Of a stretch of 64,000 nt of DNA, positions 13,059-25,924 are shown in pieces (positions within the stretch are counted from its first letter, which is position 1; each line of letters opens with the position of its first letter). The translations under genes were made by a program, and so were the position numbers. The DNA lies in NCBI RefSeq assembly GCF_006345805.1, contig NC_043015.1:30380001-30444000 (forward strand). The letters are read 5' to 3'. Below the pieces are notes generated by a model. That model saw only the letters and a list, made by a program, of their open reading frames with translations. It searched no databases and was not told the DNA's origin. This DNA comes from Octopus sinensis. Its lineage: Eukaryota.

Positions 13059-13869
13059 TTAACTCAGTTAAACCGTATCTTTTTTTTACATGTGTGTGTG
13101 TATAATTTAAACATTGAAGAAGGCCAACACAAAAAGAACCCAGTTTGACAAATATGGCATTATTTTAACACTTCATTTATATACGGGTGTGTATGATATG
13201 AAGGCAGACATTAGACAATGATGATGATATTTATATATGTACATATATAAATATCTATGTGTTTATTTGCATGTATATATATATCAGCTGTAGAAACTCT
13301 GCCAGATCAAGATTGGAGCCTGGTGCAGCCAGCTGGTTCGCCAGCCCTCAGTCAAAATCGTCCAACCCATGCTGGCATGGAAAGTGGACGTTAAACGATG
13401 ATGATGATGATCTCCAGTCATACAGCAATATAAATGTATAAAAGAGGCATGTATGTATGTAGATTTTGTGTGTTTCAGTGGTGGTGGTGGTGGTGATTGT
13501 GGGAAGTTCATTGTTTGGATCAGAACTATCCTATTATGCCTTTTCTCCTTCCGCATTTCTTTGATCTCTTTAATTAAATTAAACAGGTACTCTTAATTTA
13601 TCATCAGCTTTCAGATTTTAATTTAGATTCAATCTTCATTGAGTTAACAACACCACCCTCACCCCCAACTTCTTTCATGTTCCTGTTTTTTGCTTTCCCA
13701 TCCTCCTCCTTGTCTCTTCTCTCTCCTCTTTTCCTCCCTCTCTCTCTCTCTCTCTCTCTTTGAGTAGAAATACAGAGATTCCCTTGGATCTTTTATTCCA
13801 GGTTTTCTTAGCAATGAGCAGTCAAGAAATAATTTTTACCTTGGGTAGAACATCAGTCCATGTCTGATA

Positions 13870-14098
13870 TTAACCCTTTCGTTACTGTATTTATTTTGAG
13901 ATGCTCTGTGTTTCTTCCAATTATTTTAGATATAACAAAGAATTTAGTAAAATAATATTGTTATCATTGAGCTAGTGTTAAGAACATAATTTGTGACTAA
14001 GATTCGGTGGAAGATTTGAATTCAAAACTTATGTAAACAAGACATTTGTACTAAAGAGCCAGAGCCGGTTTCAGCTGGGTTGGTAACGAAAGGGTTAA
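13870..14098. mobile_element. piggyBac-type MITE (family P1)
   Basis: TTAA-CCCTTTCGTTAC ... GTAACGAAAGGG-TTAA. A second copy is at 32879-33106 and a partial copy at about 53900-54005. Confidence 0.88.
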
Positions 14099-14613
14099 AT
14101 AGAAGGATTTCAACTTAGCAATGTCATCTCACAAATCTCCCATCAGTTGCTGAAGTTGACTTTTCTATTCATCCTTTCTGGGTGAATAAAACATTGAGCT
14201 AATCGACTACATCCAATCTCATAATTTGAAGCTTTGTGTCTACGTTAGAAATCAATTATACTGCCTCCTTGCTGCTTATGGTGATGAATTTACCATTCAC
14301 AGTGCCTTGTTGTTGCTACGTTGACAGAGCCAGTGATAATTGTTCTGGTCCTAGGTACCAGTCACCATCTCAAACAGTCAGCTTCATCTTACTGACTCAG
14401 CCGGTAATACTGGTGTTGTTTAAACATGAGCTGCAAAATTTTAAATGTTGCCCCAAAAGAAATAGAACAGGAAAATGCCTTTTTCTCTCTCAATAAACAT
14501 GCAGTTGATGTGCTGGTCCAGATACTGTGGTAGTTTAAGGTTATTTATATATTTGTTGTTATATTTTTATATAGATCTGACTTGTCTTTTCGCCCTAGCT
14601 TTGCTGCCCTGAT

Positions 14614-15003
14614 TACTCTTTACTCTCTCTTTTACTTGTTTCAGTCATTTGACTGCGGCCATGCTGGAGCACTGCCTTTAGTTGAATCAAATCGACCCCA
14701 GGACTTACTCTTTGTAAGCCTAGTACTTATTCTATCGGTCTCTTCTGCCGAACCGCTAAGTTATGGGGACATAAACACACCAGCATCGGTTGTCAAGTGA
14801 TGTTGGGGGAGACAAACACAGATACACAACATATACACATACATATATACAACGGGCTTCTTTCAGTTTCCGTCTACCAAATCCACTCACAAGGCATTGG
14901 TCGGCCCGAGGCTATAGTGGAAGACACTTGCCCAAGGTGCCACGCAGTGGGATTGAACCCAGTACCATGTGGTTGGTAAGTAAGCTACTTACCACACAGC
15001 CAC
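14614..15003 (-). mobile_element. SINE family A
   Basis: Consensus match over the full length. Confidence 0.9.
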
Positions 15004-16769
15004 CCATTATTATTTTGTATCTACATAAAATCTTTCCTCTGTTTTATGCAGTCTTGTGAATTCTTTTTCATTTCTCAAATCATCCAAACACAAGAGGCAT
15101 CTAATAATGGTAAAACCAGTAAGTGATTTGGGGTTTGAACTGTTCCTCGGTTACAGAAAGGATATCCCACATTACATCCCCATCTCACTTTTGTGTTCCT
15201 GGTTAGACCAAATCAAATGTGGAATCAGTTAAGATATTTCCACTTGCTCCATAAGGACTTGGCCCTGTTATAAGTATTCAGGCTAGCTCTCTGGTTTGAG
15301 GATTTTTTCTTCTCTCCCATCAGTCTTGAAGACCCTTCCTTCTCGTCATTTTAAAGAAATTTTTTTAACAAAATGTCCTGGAAGACTTCGAGAGTAGATT
15401 GGATTTCATTAAGTGAATGAGATACATTACATCTTCACCTGTAATGAATGCTAATTTGTTGCAGGCAGCATTCCCAGGTGATCATGCAGTTATTCCCACC
15501 ACAGTTATGCAGACTGAAGCAATGTAAAATGATAGTTTGAACTCACCTTGTACCTCATCATTAACAATAATTAATTCTTGAATAGAAGTACAATGCACAT
15601 GGGGTTGTTTTAACTGGAGAGGGTTAAGATAAGAGTGTAGTTAAGGTTTAATTTCAGAGCTGGTTGATGACAAAATATGTGTAAGATAAGAGTGCTAGGG
15701 AAAATGTATTTCTGTCTTGGAAAATATTTAGTATGGATCTAATAGATAGTGAGTGAGATGTAATGAAGGTGAAAGACAAGGAGAAGAAGGTGTTTGGAGG
15801 AAGTAAGGTAGCTTAGGTTTATTCTGAACATGAGATAAATTGGCCTTTTGTAGTTGTGCGAGAAAAGATAATGAAATGATACAGCTTGCTGTGGAAATAA
15901 AATAACACTAGCATGACATAACAGCAAGGAGGTGAGGAATAACTGTTGCCATTAGAACAGTTGCTGTATTGTTGTTTAGCCAGAGATTAAGCAGGCCTAT
16001 AACAAAAAGCATCCCATCCATGACCATCTTGTTTGTTTGGGAATAACTCTAACTCCATTATCTAATGTGACCTTCCTGATATTTAAGACAACGGGGTATA
16101 ATTTTTGATGTGATTTGGCTGTTATTTCTAGTAGCTTCATAGACTGTAGATGCTCCCCTTGTTAGTTTGAATAGTTACTATATCTGTTGAGATGTGGGTG
16201 GTTGAAAACCGTTTCGTTGGTTCCATTCTGTGGAGTATTCAGTTAGGGCGAACTATTGACATTATAGCTTCAATGTTGAAATACTAAACCACTTCACAAA
16301 CATTCTTTCAACAGGTTGCTTTCCAGCATTTTCCAAGTTTAGAGTCTAAATTGCATACCCTCAGCTATTAAACATCTGTACATGCCCACACACACATGCA
16401 CAAATGTGTTTGTGAGCAGGAGTGAACATAAATATAGTGTTTGTGTATTTGTAATGAAAGTGTACTATAGAGTATACCTGAGACAAGCAGTGCAAATTTA
16501 AATCCGCTTGATGAATGTAAACATGTGCCTTTTTCTCATTTCTCAGTAGACTGAATAAAGGGTGATTGGCCTGGCCAGTTTCATTCCTGGTTCAGACTCT
16601 CTTTGGAGGCTAATATACTCACTTTTATCTATAGCTTAAGGCTATTTATATAAAACTCTAATTAATCACTATTTCTGATTATGCATAAACAGAGATTTGC
16701 TGACAACCAACTAGGTCAGTAATAAAAAGTATGTGGGTAAAAAAAATTCACCCTGTATTATTTCTTGCA

Positions 16770-16832
16770 GCTTTTTCTGATGATTGTCAGGGTTATCTCA
16801 ACTCTTGGTATGAAACTAATTAGTAAAGTGGC
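16770..16832 (+). ncRNA. Type-I hammerhead ribozyme-like motif (partly degenerate)
   Basis: GCTTTTT-CTGATGA-t-tgtcaggg...tcttggta-t-GAAA-CTAATTAG-TA-AAGTGGC. Core intact, palindromic helix III ACTAATTAGT, GUA triplet. Helices I and II are GU-rich and weak. Confidence 0.55.
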
Positions 16833-16879
16833 AGATACGAAAATATGATATTGTATTTTATTTTTAATAATAATGTTGC

Positions 16880-17095
16880 CAGTACCACTTGACTGGCCCC
16901 TGTGCTGGTGGCACGTAAAAAGCACCCACTACACTCTCGGATTGGTTGGCATTAGGAAGGGCATCCAGCTGTAGAAACTCTGCCAAATCAAGATTGGAGA
17001 CTGGTGCAACCATCTGGTTCGCCAGCCCTCAGCCAAAACCGTCCAACCCATGCTAGCATGGAAAGCGGACGTTAAACGATGATGATGATGATGAT
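16880..17095 (+). mobile_element. (GAT)n-tailed retroposon family B (likely RTE-mobilised)
   Basis: tggcacgtaaaaagcaccc...ggttggc(g/a)ttaggaagggcatccagctgtagaaac...ccatgctagcatggaaagcggacgttaaacgatgatgat. Other + copies: 11505-11738, 13285-13411, 30501-30670, 32038-32201, 56345-56678. Confidence 0.88.
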
Positions 17096-17289
17096 ATGTA
17101 TGTTGTTTGTGTATTGAATACATGCTCTAATTTTATGTTTTTTATAGAGGTTTTTCATATTTATGTGGGGGTTTCTTGCAATATGTTTGGGACAGTAAAG
17201 TTCTTAGATCCATCAGGAGGATTTCTAGATCATCCTAGTTTCATCTTGAGGATGAAGTAATGTTGACATTTACTGCCTCGTATTGTATC

Positions 17290-17760
17290 CTAAGCCTTCA
17301 AAATAGAAGCCACCTTTCTGCTAGTTCTTTGATCCCATGCTGATACCAGTTCTTGTCTTTTGTAGTGCAGAACTCCTTCACTGAAGCTTCCACTTCTTCT
17401 TGGTGGATGAAGCATTGAAAGCACAGGGAAGTGAGATATGGATCAGAACAAATAATAATCCAAGGCAGCTAGGTCTGGATCATATGATGGGTGTGGCATC
17501 AGCTTGATTTCCTCAAGTTCCTGGTGTTTATTCTGGGTTGTTCAAGCGGTATGAGGTAATGCGTAGTCTTGCTGTAAAAGAGCTCACTTCCTGTTAACCA
17601 ATGCCAGGCATTTTTGGTGCACGGTGACATATATCTGCTCCAGTTATTCAGGATACAGGCTGGCATCAATCATTCACCCATCCAGAACAAACTCTTCATG
17701 AATTATCCCTTTATAGTTCTATCAGATGCAGAGCATCACCTTGTATCAGACACATCACCT
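17290..17760 (-). mobile_element. Highly degraded mariner transposase relic
   Basis: Minus strand gives LQQDYALPH (HDNARPH-like) and LMPHPSYDPDLAALDYYLF (HPPYSPDLAP.DY.LF-like), with stops. Confidence 0.7.
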
Positions 17761-18024
17761 TGTGTTTGAAACACCCATGTTTGGTGGCAGTTTCCAAGAG
17801 CTGGCCCTTACTTAACCACTCATGCATGTTAGGTTTGTGGGGAAACTATCTCCCTTGGATTATTACTTGTTCTATTATGGTTCATCAACCAAGAGGAGGT
17901 CTAATAACTCCAGAGGAGTTACTCATCCCGAAGGGCAAAAACTGTCTTTGGTGTAAAATGCTGATTATAAATTTAAGAACCTTACCTTTAAAAACTAGTT
18001 GAAAAAATTTTTTATGCAAATATC

Positions 18025-18415
18025 TTTTATCTTTAACTTGTTTACTTTGTTAGATTGCAGCTGTGCTGGAGCACTGCCTTCAAGGGTTGAACGAATTGAC
18101 ACTAGTACTTATTTTTCTTAAAGCCCAATATTTATTCTGTTGGTTTCTCTTGCCTCACTGCTTAGTTATGGGATATGTAAACAAACCAACATTGGTTGTC
18201 AATCAATGTCGGGGGACAAACACAAAGACACTCACAGATATACATACGCACGTATATAGTGGGTTTCTCTCGGTTTCTGTCTACCATATCCACTGACAAG
18301 GCTTTACTTGGCCCAGGGCTGTCGTAGAAGACACTTGCTCAAGGTGCTACACTGTGGAGCGGAACCCAGAACCATGTGGTTGGGAAGCAAACTTTTTATC
18401 TCACAGATAGGCCTG
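18025..18415 (-). mobile_element. SINE family A, old CpG-decayed copy
   Basis: Recognisable, diverged consensus match. Confidence 0.75.
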
Positions 18416-19345
18416 TGTTTATATGAGAATAAAAGTAGAAAATCGAAACTAGAATATGGTTATTCAATTCAATACATCCAAGATAAAACAATGCAAATGT
18501 GTGTGTGTATATATGTATGTATGTATATATATATATATATGGAATATAACTAAAATAGATCTGGGAAGACTATGGTTCAAATGTGGTGTCAACTATATTG
18601 TGATAGAGAGACCTGTGAAACAAATGACTTACCTGCTTCACTGAAATTGCTGGCCTTGTGCCAAAATTTGAAATTACTATTATTATTTATTATTTTTATT
18701 AAATGCCAATGCATGAAGCACTTAATAATGATGATTTTGGCACAAGGCCAGCAATTTCAAACATCAAACATTTTGATAAATGCCATGTATGAAACACTCC
18801 CTACCTCCCCCTCTCTCTCTAGTATATATACACATGTAACTTATATATACACACATGTATGTACATTGTGTGTGTGTGTGTGAGAGAGACAAACTTGCTT
18901 GCAACTGGTTGAATAGCTGGTTGAACAGGATTCCAGTCTAATTTAAATTTCCCAAATACAGTCATTTCTTTCATTGAAGCTACCTGTTACTTCCACTGGT
19001 AAAGACCCACATGATACTATGTATATCTCACAAAGTGGTATTTTTCAATGTTGTAATCAGTGGGAACGGTATGGTACTGAGAGGTTTTGCATTACCTAGC
19101 TTGTGGAGTTCAACTCTCTCTATGCAGATACAACATGGTGAAGGAGGAATACAAAGTGGTTTCTGGTACGAAAATGAAAAGAAATGTTGTGAATTAGGGA
19201 AAGTAAGGGAAAATGTAAACAGGGTTGGATATAAATTCTTAGGAGTTGTGGATTCCCCTTCTCTGTTATACCCCTACCCCACTCACTCAGTGTTGAAATA
19301 AGGCATTGTGGAGCTACACTGACCTAAACATACTATATATATATA

Positions 19346-19577
19346 TATATATACCAATTAAGGACTGAACACGAAAAGGTGGACAGCAACATGCTAGATC
19401 TACGTCAATCGCCATTTCCACAAGGATTATGTTCTAATAAAAATAATTTTATTTTTATTTTATTTTTATTTTTATTTTTATTTTTATTTGAGAACATAAT
19501 CTGTGGAGAATGGCGATTGACGTCTATATCTAGCATGTTATGTCCACCTTTCGTGTTCAGTCCTTAATGGTATATAT
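19346..19577. repeat. Long imperfect inverted repeat (~90-bp arms) around a (TTTTTA)n spacer, embedded in (TA)n
   Basis: ttaaggactgaacacgaaa.ggtggaca...gattatgttct / agaacataatc...tgtccacctttcgtgttcagtccttaa. Confidence 0.9.
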
Positions 19578-19670
19578 AAAGCAATCTTCGGATTCTTTTA
19601 ATGTGTAGACCCTGGTTTAATTGACTAATATCAATTTCTACCCTTAATAAATTATATATATATATATATA

Positions 19671-19716
<46 letters not shown>

Positions 19717-22014
19717 TGGGATGGTATTATTAAAATACCATCACAAATGGTAAGCAAATTATTAGCCGTACAGGCAAATTAATAAAATATATTATATACA
19801 ATATTAGATATGTACATATATACACAAGGGTACTACATGAGTTACTATATCGCTAATTACAGAAGTCAAAAAATACTTCTGTACCACCGAATATATATAT
19901 AATCAGCCAAAATTGCGAGGATGATCCAGTTCTTGACTGAAGATTAGAGGCTTCGAATTACCCGTCCGTTTTTTGTGTCGTCTATTTGAATGTTTTGCGT
20001 TCTTGTCCCATTTTGTATTTTTATATATATATATGTCAATGATGTAATAATCTCTATGATGGAACTGTTGATGTCATACTTTGTAGAGTGTGTCTATGTT
20101 TGTATATGTGGGTGGAAGTATGAGTACAAGTGCTAGACAGATATACTGTCCTGCTAAACATTATCCACCCTCCATGTATTTGTATATGTGTGTGTGTACA
20201 AACATATACATACACACACATATATACATACATACATATCCATACATGCATACAAACAATTGTTCTCAGTTATATCATTAATTTGTGTGCATCACTACAT
20301 TAACCCCCACAGACACACAAACAATTGTTCTCAGCTTTATCATTAATCCACATACATCACTCTACACTAACAGCCTCCTCCACTGTGACCTTTATTTCTG
20401 TGTCACCACAACTAGCGGTACCCCACTCTCCCGACTGGCCTTTTCTTGAATCCTTTAAACACTGCTGACAGCTTCAGTCCTTCCTTCCTTCAAATATTTC
20501 CTATGGTTAATTTCGAGAGAGAGAGAGAGAGTAGACCTACAACTCATCCCTTTGATGTCGCCAAATGTGATATATACCATCGGGGCTTATGACATTGCTA
20601 TGACATGCTAATTACATGTCTTTAACTCTACTCTCTTATGTGTTTTGAGTTAAAACACGAATTTAACAAAGAACATCTCTGACAACTGATACACTGCAAT
20701 TTTGGATGTTATTTCACCCTAAACAATGATATTTCAATTACATGCCAGGTTTATTTTTATGCTAAATGTAGGTCTTAACCTAAAATTCTTTTACAATGAT
20801 ACTAAAATCCATTTTGGTGTATATATCATCATTTTAAACATCCATTTTTTCATTCTTGTATCAGTCAAACATAACCTGTTGAGGTAGGTTTTCTACAGGT
20901 GAATGGTCTGTCTATTGCCAACTTTTCTCTAAAGGCAATATTCCTCCTTGTCTTGCAGACAACAGTTAGCTCATTCACCGGACATGTTTTCATGGAAGAT
21001 TTGCAGACAGATGGCACCATTAGTATGAACAGTGATTTGCACAACAAATCACCAATCTTAGAAATATTCAGTCGCATCATCAAAATCTTGAAGCTACAAG
21101 ATTATGCATGATTAAGTGAAAACAATGTGAATAAATATTAAATTTGACAAAGTAATCTGAATCCTAAAAGATTAGTGGCTCGTTTTGCTGTTGCTGCTGT
21201 AGCCTTAGTTTAACCCTGGTTGAGTAGACCTCGAGTCAGTCAGAGGCATTTCAGTGTTGGTCATTTTGTCTTTTTTATGTCCTGGGCTACATTGACCAAT
21301 ATGCAAATACAGTAGGGTCTCACACATGTAAATATAGTGCAGTGAAAAAGATCATTTAAATGAAATTATCCAAGCAATTGCTAGACAAAACCTCCCTCCA
21401 AAGCTGTTTGAAATCTAAAAACAACAAAAGAAGAGAGATAACCTCAGTATAGTCAGTTGGTTGAACAATTTAGTATAATTTAGTATAATACAGACTGAAG
21501 TGGACTTTAAAAGTCAACTGGTGAAAGAAAAGGACTAGTTTAAAGTTTTTTTTTTTGTTTTAGATCTCCTTGTTGAAGCATGTTCTTCTGAGTTAGCATG
21601 ACTAAGAGTGATGTCACTTATTTACACACAAACACGGACACACAGTGAAGGCAAGTTTATACAAACAGACATCTACATACACATTTGCACAAACATGCAC
21701 ACACACACTCTGGTGGTGGGGGGGGAGACAAATACATAGAAACACTCATAAATACAAATCCTCACTAATTCTGGGTTCATTCTTAGCTACAAGATGAATA
21801 CCAATACATAGGCACACACACACACACACACTTCTGTTCCACACACTCCAGAACATGAAAAAAAAACAGTTGATTTAAACAGATTATCCTAGTCATGTTA
21901 AGACCGTTCCAATTTTTAATCTAAAGACATTCAATATATGTGAATGTGTGAAAGAGACAGATAGAGAGATAGATAGATAGATAGATACAGAGAGAAAGCT
22001 GGGGAGAATATATG

Positions 22015-22064
<50 letters not shown>

Positions 22065-22607
22065 TTATATATATGTGTGTGTGAAGATTATCTAGTTTTA
22101 AAGCCTCATCCCCCACTCCAGAATAAATCTACACCATTTCATATAATCTGTTTATCCTGTAGGCTGTTAAATACCAGAATATTAATATGTAGTCTAGATG
22201 TATAGACATTTAAATGGTTATTAGATATACTTAAGGAGAATTATTGAAAACAACAACAGCAACAATAGTTGTGTAGAATCGGGGGGGGGGCTTAAATAAA
22301 GTCTATAAGACAACAATTCATAAAAGATAAGAGAGAGAGATATATATATATTTATAGTAAATGACTGTTTTTTTGAGAGGTGGTGAGACAGAAAGGTACA
22401 AATTAAAATGGACAAAGTGAGTGGATGTCTTACAGGTACTGATAAAGAAGTGAGGAAGAAGAAAGAGAGAGAGTGTGTGTGTGCATGATTGTCTGAGAAA
22501 GACGGACAGACAGACACAGACCAATTGGTAATCTTTAGTCTGTCTAGGTAGCCAACAAAACAGATATTCAAACTTCAATTTTATTTTTTTACAGAGAATC
22601 TATAATT

Positions 22608-23010
22608 AGGAGTGGCTGTGTGGTAAGTAGCTTGCTAACCAACCACATGGTTCCGGGTTCAGTCCCACTGCGTGGCATCTTGGGCAAGTGTCTTCTGCTA
22701 TAGCCCTGGGGCCAACCAATGCCATGTGAGTGGATTTGGTAGACGGAAACTGAAAGAAGCCTGTCGTATATATGTATATATATATGTATATGTGTGTGTG
22801 TGTTTGTCCCCCTAGCATTGCTTGACAACCAATGCTGGTGTGTTTACGTCCCCGTAACTTAGCAGTTCAGCAAAAAGAGACCGATAGAATAAGTACTGGA
22901 CTTACAAAGAATAAGTCCCGGGGTCGATTTGCTCGACTAAAGGCGGTGCTCCAGCATGGCCGCAGTCAAATGACTGAAACAAATAAAAGAGTAAAAGAGA
23001 GAGTAAGAGT
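22608..23010 (+). mobile_element. SINE family A
   Basis: Consensus match with a (gtaaaaga)n tail. Confidence 0.9.
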
Positions 23011-23332
23011 AATTTCTCAACCATTTTTTTTATCTGTGGATCCCTTCATTTGCTATTTTATTCAGGTGGACCTCAATAGCCATTCAATGTTTAAAAACTG
23101 GTTTTATATTAATTTACAAAATTCCTATTTTGTTTTTCACATAAATTTTTCATGGTTGAACTTTTGTAAAATGTTAGAGAAGGAAGCCTACTTGTTTCTC
23201 GCAATACATGCCAATTTATACATGTAAAGCAAAAATTTTTCAGGGACCCTTAAAATACTATTGTGGATCCCCCCAATTTACTGTTGTGTGATCCCTCAAA
23301 AATCTCATATGGACTCTAGTTGAAAACCACTG
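23008..23332. mobile_element. Older hAT-family MITE abutting a SINE tail
   Basis: gtaatttctcaacc ... gttgaaaaccactg termini, with internal ggacccc-type subterminal motifs. Confidence 0.6.
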
Positions 23333-23512
23333 ATATAGAGTATCTGACTTGCTTGGGTACCAGAAGCAATAATCTGTGTTGGTCAGGTACAAGTGTGCGT
23401 CACTTTGGCAATAGGAAGGTTATTCAGAAGATGATGATGAGTATGTCCATCCTCATGGCTGAGGCTCCCAACCTTCAGCTATGAGGAAGCCACTCTTTGC
23501 TATACACTATGG

Positions 23513-23691
23513 CAGTGGTTTTCAACCAGGGTTCCGCAAGAAGTTACAAAACTGCTAAAATCGGCAGTAATTTTTAATTCTCCTGTGCAGATATGTGTGC
23601 ATAAGACTATTAAATTATTGCACAGGGGATCCTCGAGCCAGTGGAATGTTTCCTTGGGGTTCCGTTCCAGCAAAAAGTTTGAAAAGCACTG
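23513..23691. mobile_element. hAT-family MITE with perfect 8-bp TSD
   Basis: TIRs cagtggttttcaa / ttgaaaagcactg. TSD cactatgg at 23505-23512 and 23692-23699. Confidence 0.9.
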
Positions 23692-25243
23692 CACTATGGT
23701 GTCATAATGCAGTTGTACATTCCTCTAGAATCCTTCACATTCAGTCTTTGATGACATTGCTCAATATTCATTCTTGTTACCCAACCCCCTAGAGATACAG
23801 AAGCAGGTTCTGAGCCCTGATGACATGATCTTTTATATTGCAGTCTTCACTACCTCTTGCTAACTCTCATTCCACTCCCATCTCTTGCAGGAATGACTCA
23901 TTCATTTTACAGGTCACCCAACTGATACACATCCATCGCACTCTGCACTCGTCACTTGCTTAGTGTCAGCCACTTTTTAGTACATCTTGTGCTTGCTTTA
24001 GGTTTTTCTTTTCTTTTTCTTTTTTTTTTCACCTAGAATGTAGTGACTATTGCACCAACATGTGATAACTAGACTTACCACAAACAGCTGCCAAATCTCC
24101 TTCAGATTACATTTTCACTGTCTTAATTGAATATGCTAGGTTTAGTCGTCTGAAAACAAAAGATCGGTTGGCTTTGGCTAGAACACTTTTTGGTGATGGG
24201 TCTACTGAGTCAAGATTGATGCAGGGCTAAACAACAACTGCATAACTCTCAGTGTATAGTATTCTACAGACTCCTTTAAGTAGGATTAACTCCATCCAAT
24301 TCACAACTTACAACTTGACCTTGCTGCTGATGATGACAGTGATGATGATGATGATGACAATCAAAGGCGGTTGATCCAAGATTATTTTGTCTTTTTCTTC
24401 AATCATAGTATATGTAGGACCATGTAATTCAATGTGTTCTTTCTTTTCAAGTCAGTGGTTTGTAATTTTGAGGAATTTGGTTGCTATTTCTAGCAGGCTG
24501 GATGACTGTGTAAATGTTCCTTTGTTGACTCATGTTGAAGGTTGTTACTGAGCAGGCCTTTGATCTAAGGTTTTCTAGCCATGACCATCATTTTATATCT
24601 AGGACTACATTATCTAATGTGTTCTTCCCATCCTAAGACAGTAAAGTGTGATGTGAAAGAGATTTAGGTACCATTTCTATTATATTGATTAACCCTGTAA
24701 AGGGTTCTCTCATTGCCTTGTTGAAAGCTTTAAGGTTCGATGTCCTTATATATCAAGTGGGCAAGATGTAATTATGATAATACACATATTAGTACTGAGG
24801 GATTCTCAAGTAAAAGACAACATGATAAGATGGGCATGAAACGAATGGCGATAAAAATGATGATTTAGATGTTTTGTAGGTGGTGAATTCACTGTCATTA
24901 GAGTGTTGGACAGAATTCCTCATGACCATTCTTTTGACTATCTGTGCTCTGAGTTCAAATCCTGCCTGGGTGAGCTTTGCCTTTTGTCCTTTTGAAGTAG
25001 ATTAAAAAAAAAGGGGGTACAAACCAGGGTGGTGGAGAATCAGGTGAGAGGCCTTGCAGTATCTGTTCCAGCCCTTTATGTTCTGACTGCAATGCCTAAG
25101 CCAACATTGATGCCAAGCTGTATCTGCCCAAATCAGTAGCCTTTCCTGTGGATAAGCACTAACAGCATCGAGAGAGGAGTCTTGCATGCATAAGCAACTG
25201 CTAGTCTTCCTCAAAATATCTTCCCTGGTTTGTGCATACATGC

Positions 25244-25303
25244 TGTTGACCCATTAATTAAAAGTTGTTGACCCATTAATTAAAAGTTGTTGACCCATTA
25301 ATT
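25244..25303. repeat. 22-bp tandem triplication
   Basis: tgttgacccattaattaaaagt repeated about 2.7 times. Confidence 0.9.
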
Positions 25304-25687
25304 TACATCCGAGGGAGAAGAGCAGTGCCTATAATCTTTTTAAACATTCTTGGAGTAAGACATAGATAAGGATAACAGAGCAGGACAGCAAGGTTTAATC
25401 TTTAGTTTGGACTTTTGTAAGTTAGTTACCGGGGATGAAAGAATGGGCAGAGATTATAAGGCTTTAAAAAGTATTGCTGTTTGATTTGGAGATTAAGAGA
25501 AGCCTTGCAAATGTAAGATTATTAAGCTGTTAGAAGCACTGTTTGATTATGTCATCTGTGTTTATCCAGTTAACAATCCAATCCTCTGTTGGTTCTGAAC
25601 TGCGTTGATATTCAGCTGATTTTGCTATGTGATGCAAAATACATGTGTCACAAAGCTACTTGCATAATAGCACATGTCTGATTATAT

Positions 25688-25924
25688 ACTTATTTCTTTA
25701 CTACCCACAAGGGGCTAAACACAGAAAATGGACAGAACAAGGACAGACAATAGGATTAAGTCGATTATATCGACCCCAGTGCGTAACTGGTACTTATTTA
25801 ATCGACCCTGAAAGGATGAAAGGTAAAGACGACCTTGGCGGAATTTGAACTCAGAACGTAGCGGCAGAAGAAATACCGCTAAGCATTTCGCCCGGCGTGC
25901 TAATGTTTATGCCAGCTCGCCGCC
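25688..25924 (-). mobile_element. SINE family C
   Basis: Full-length consensus match. The flank ctgattatatact is duplicated on both sides (TSD-like). Confidence 0.9.

Noticed and set aside
10749-15059. Recurrent similar ORFs (RLPNPLTR..., [16 protein letters not shown]) as a gene family
   Set aside because: They are antisense translations of SINE family A copies.
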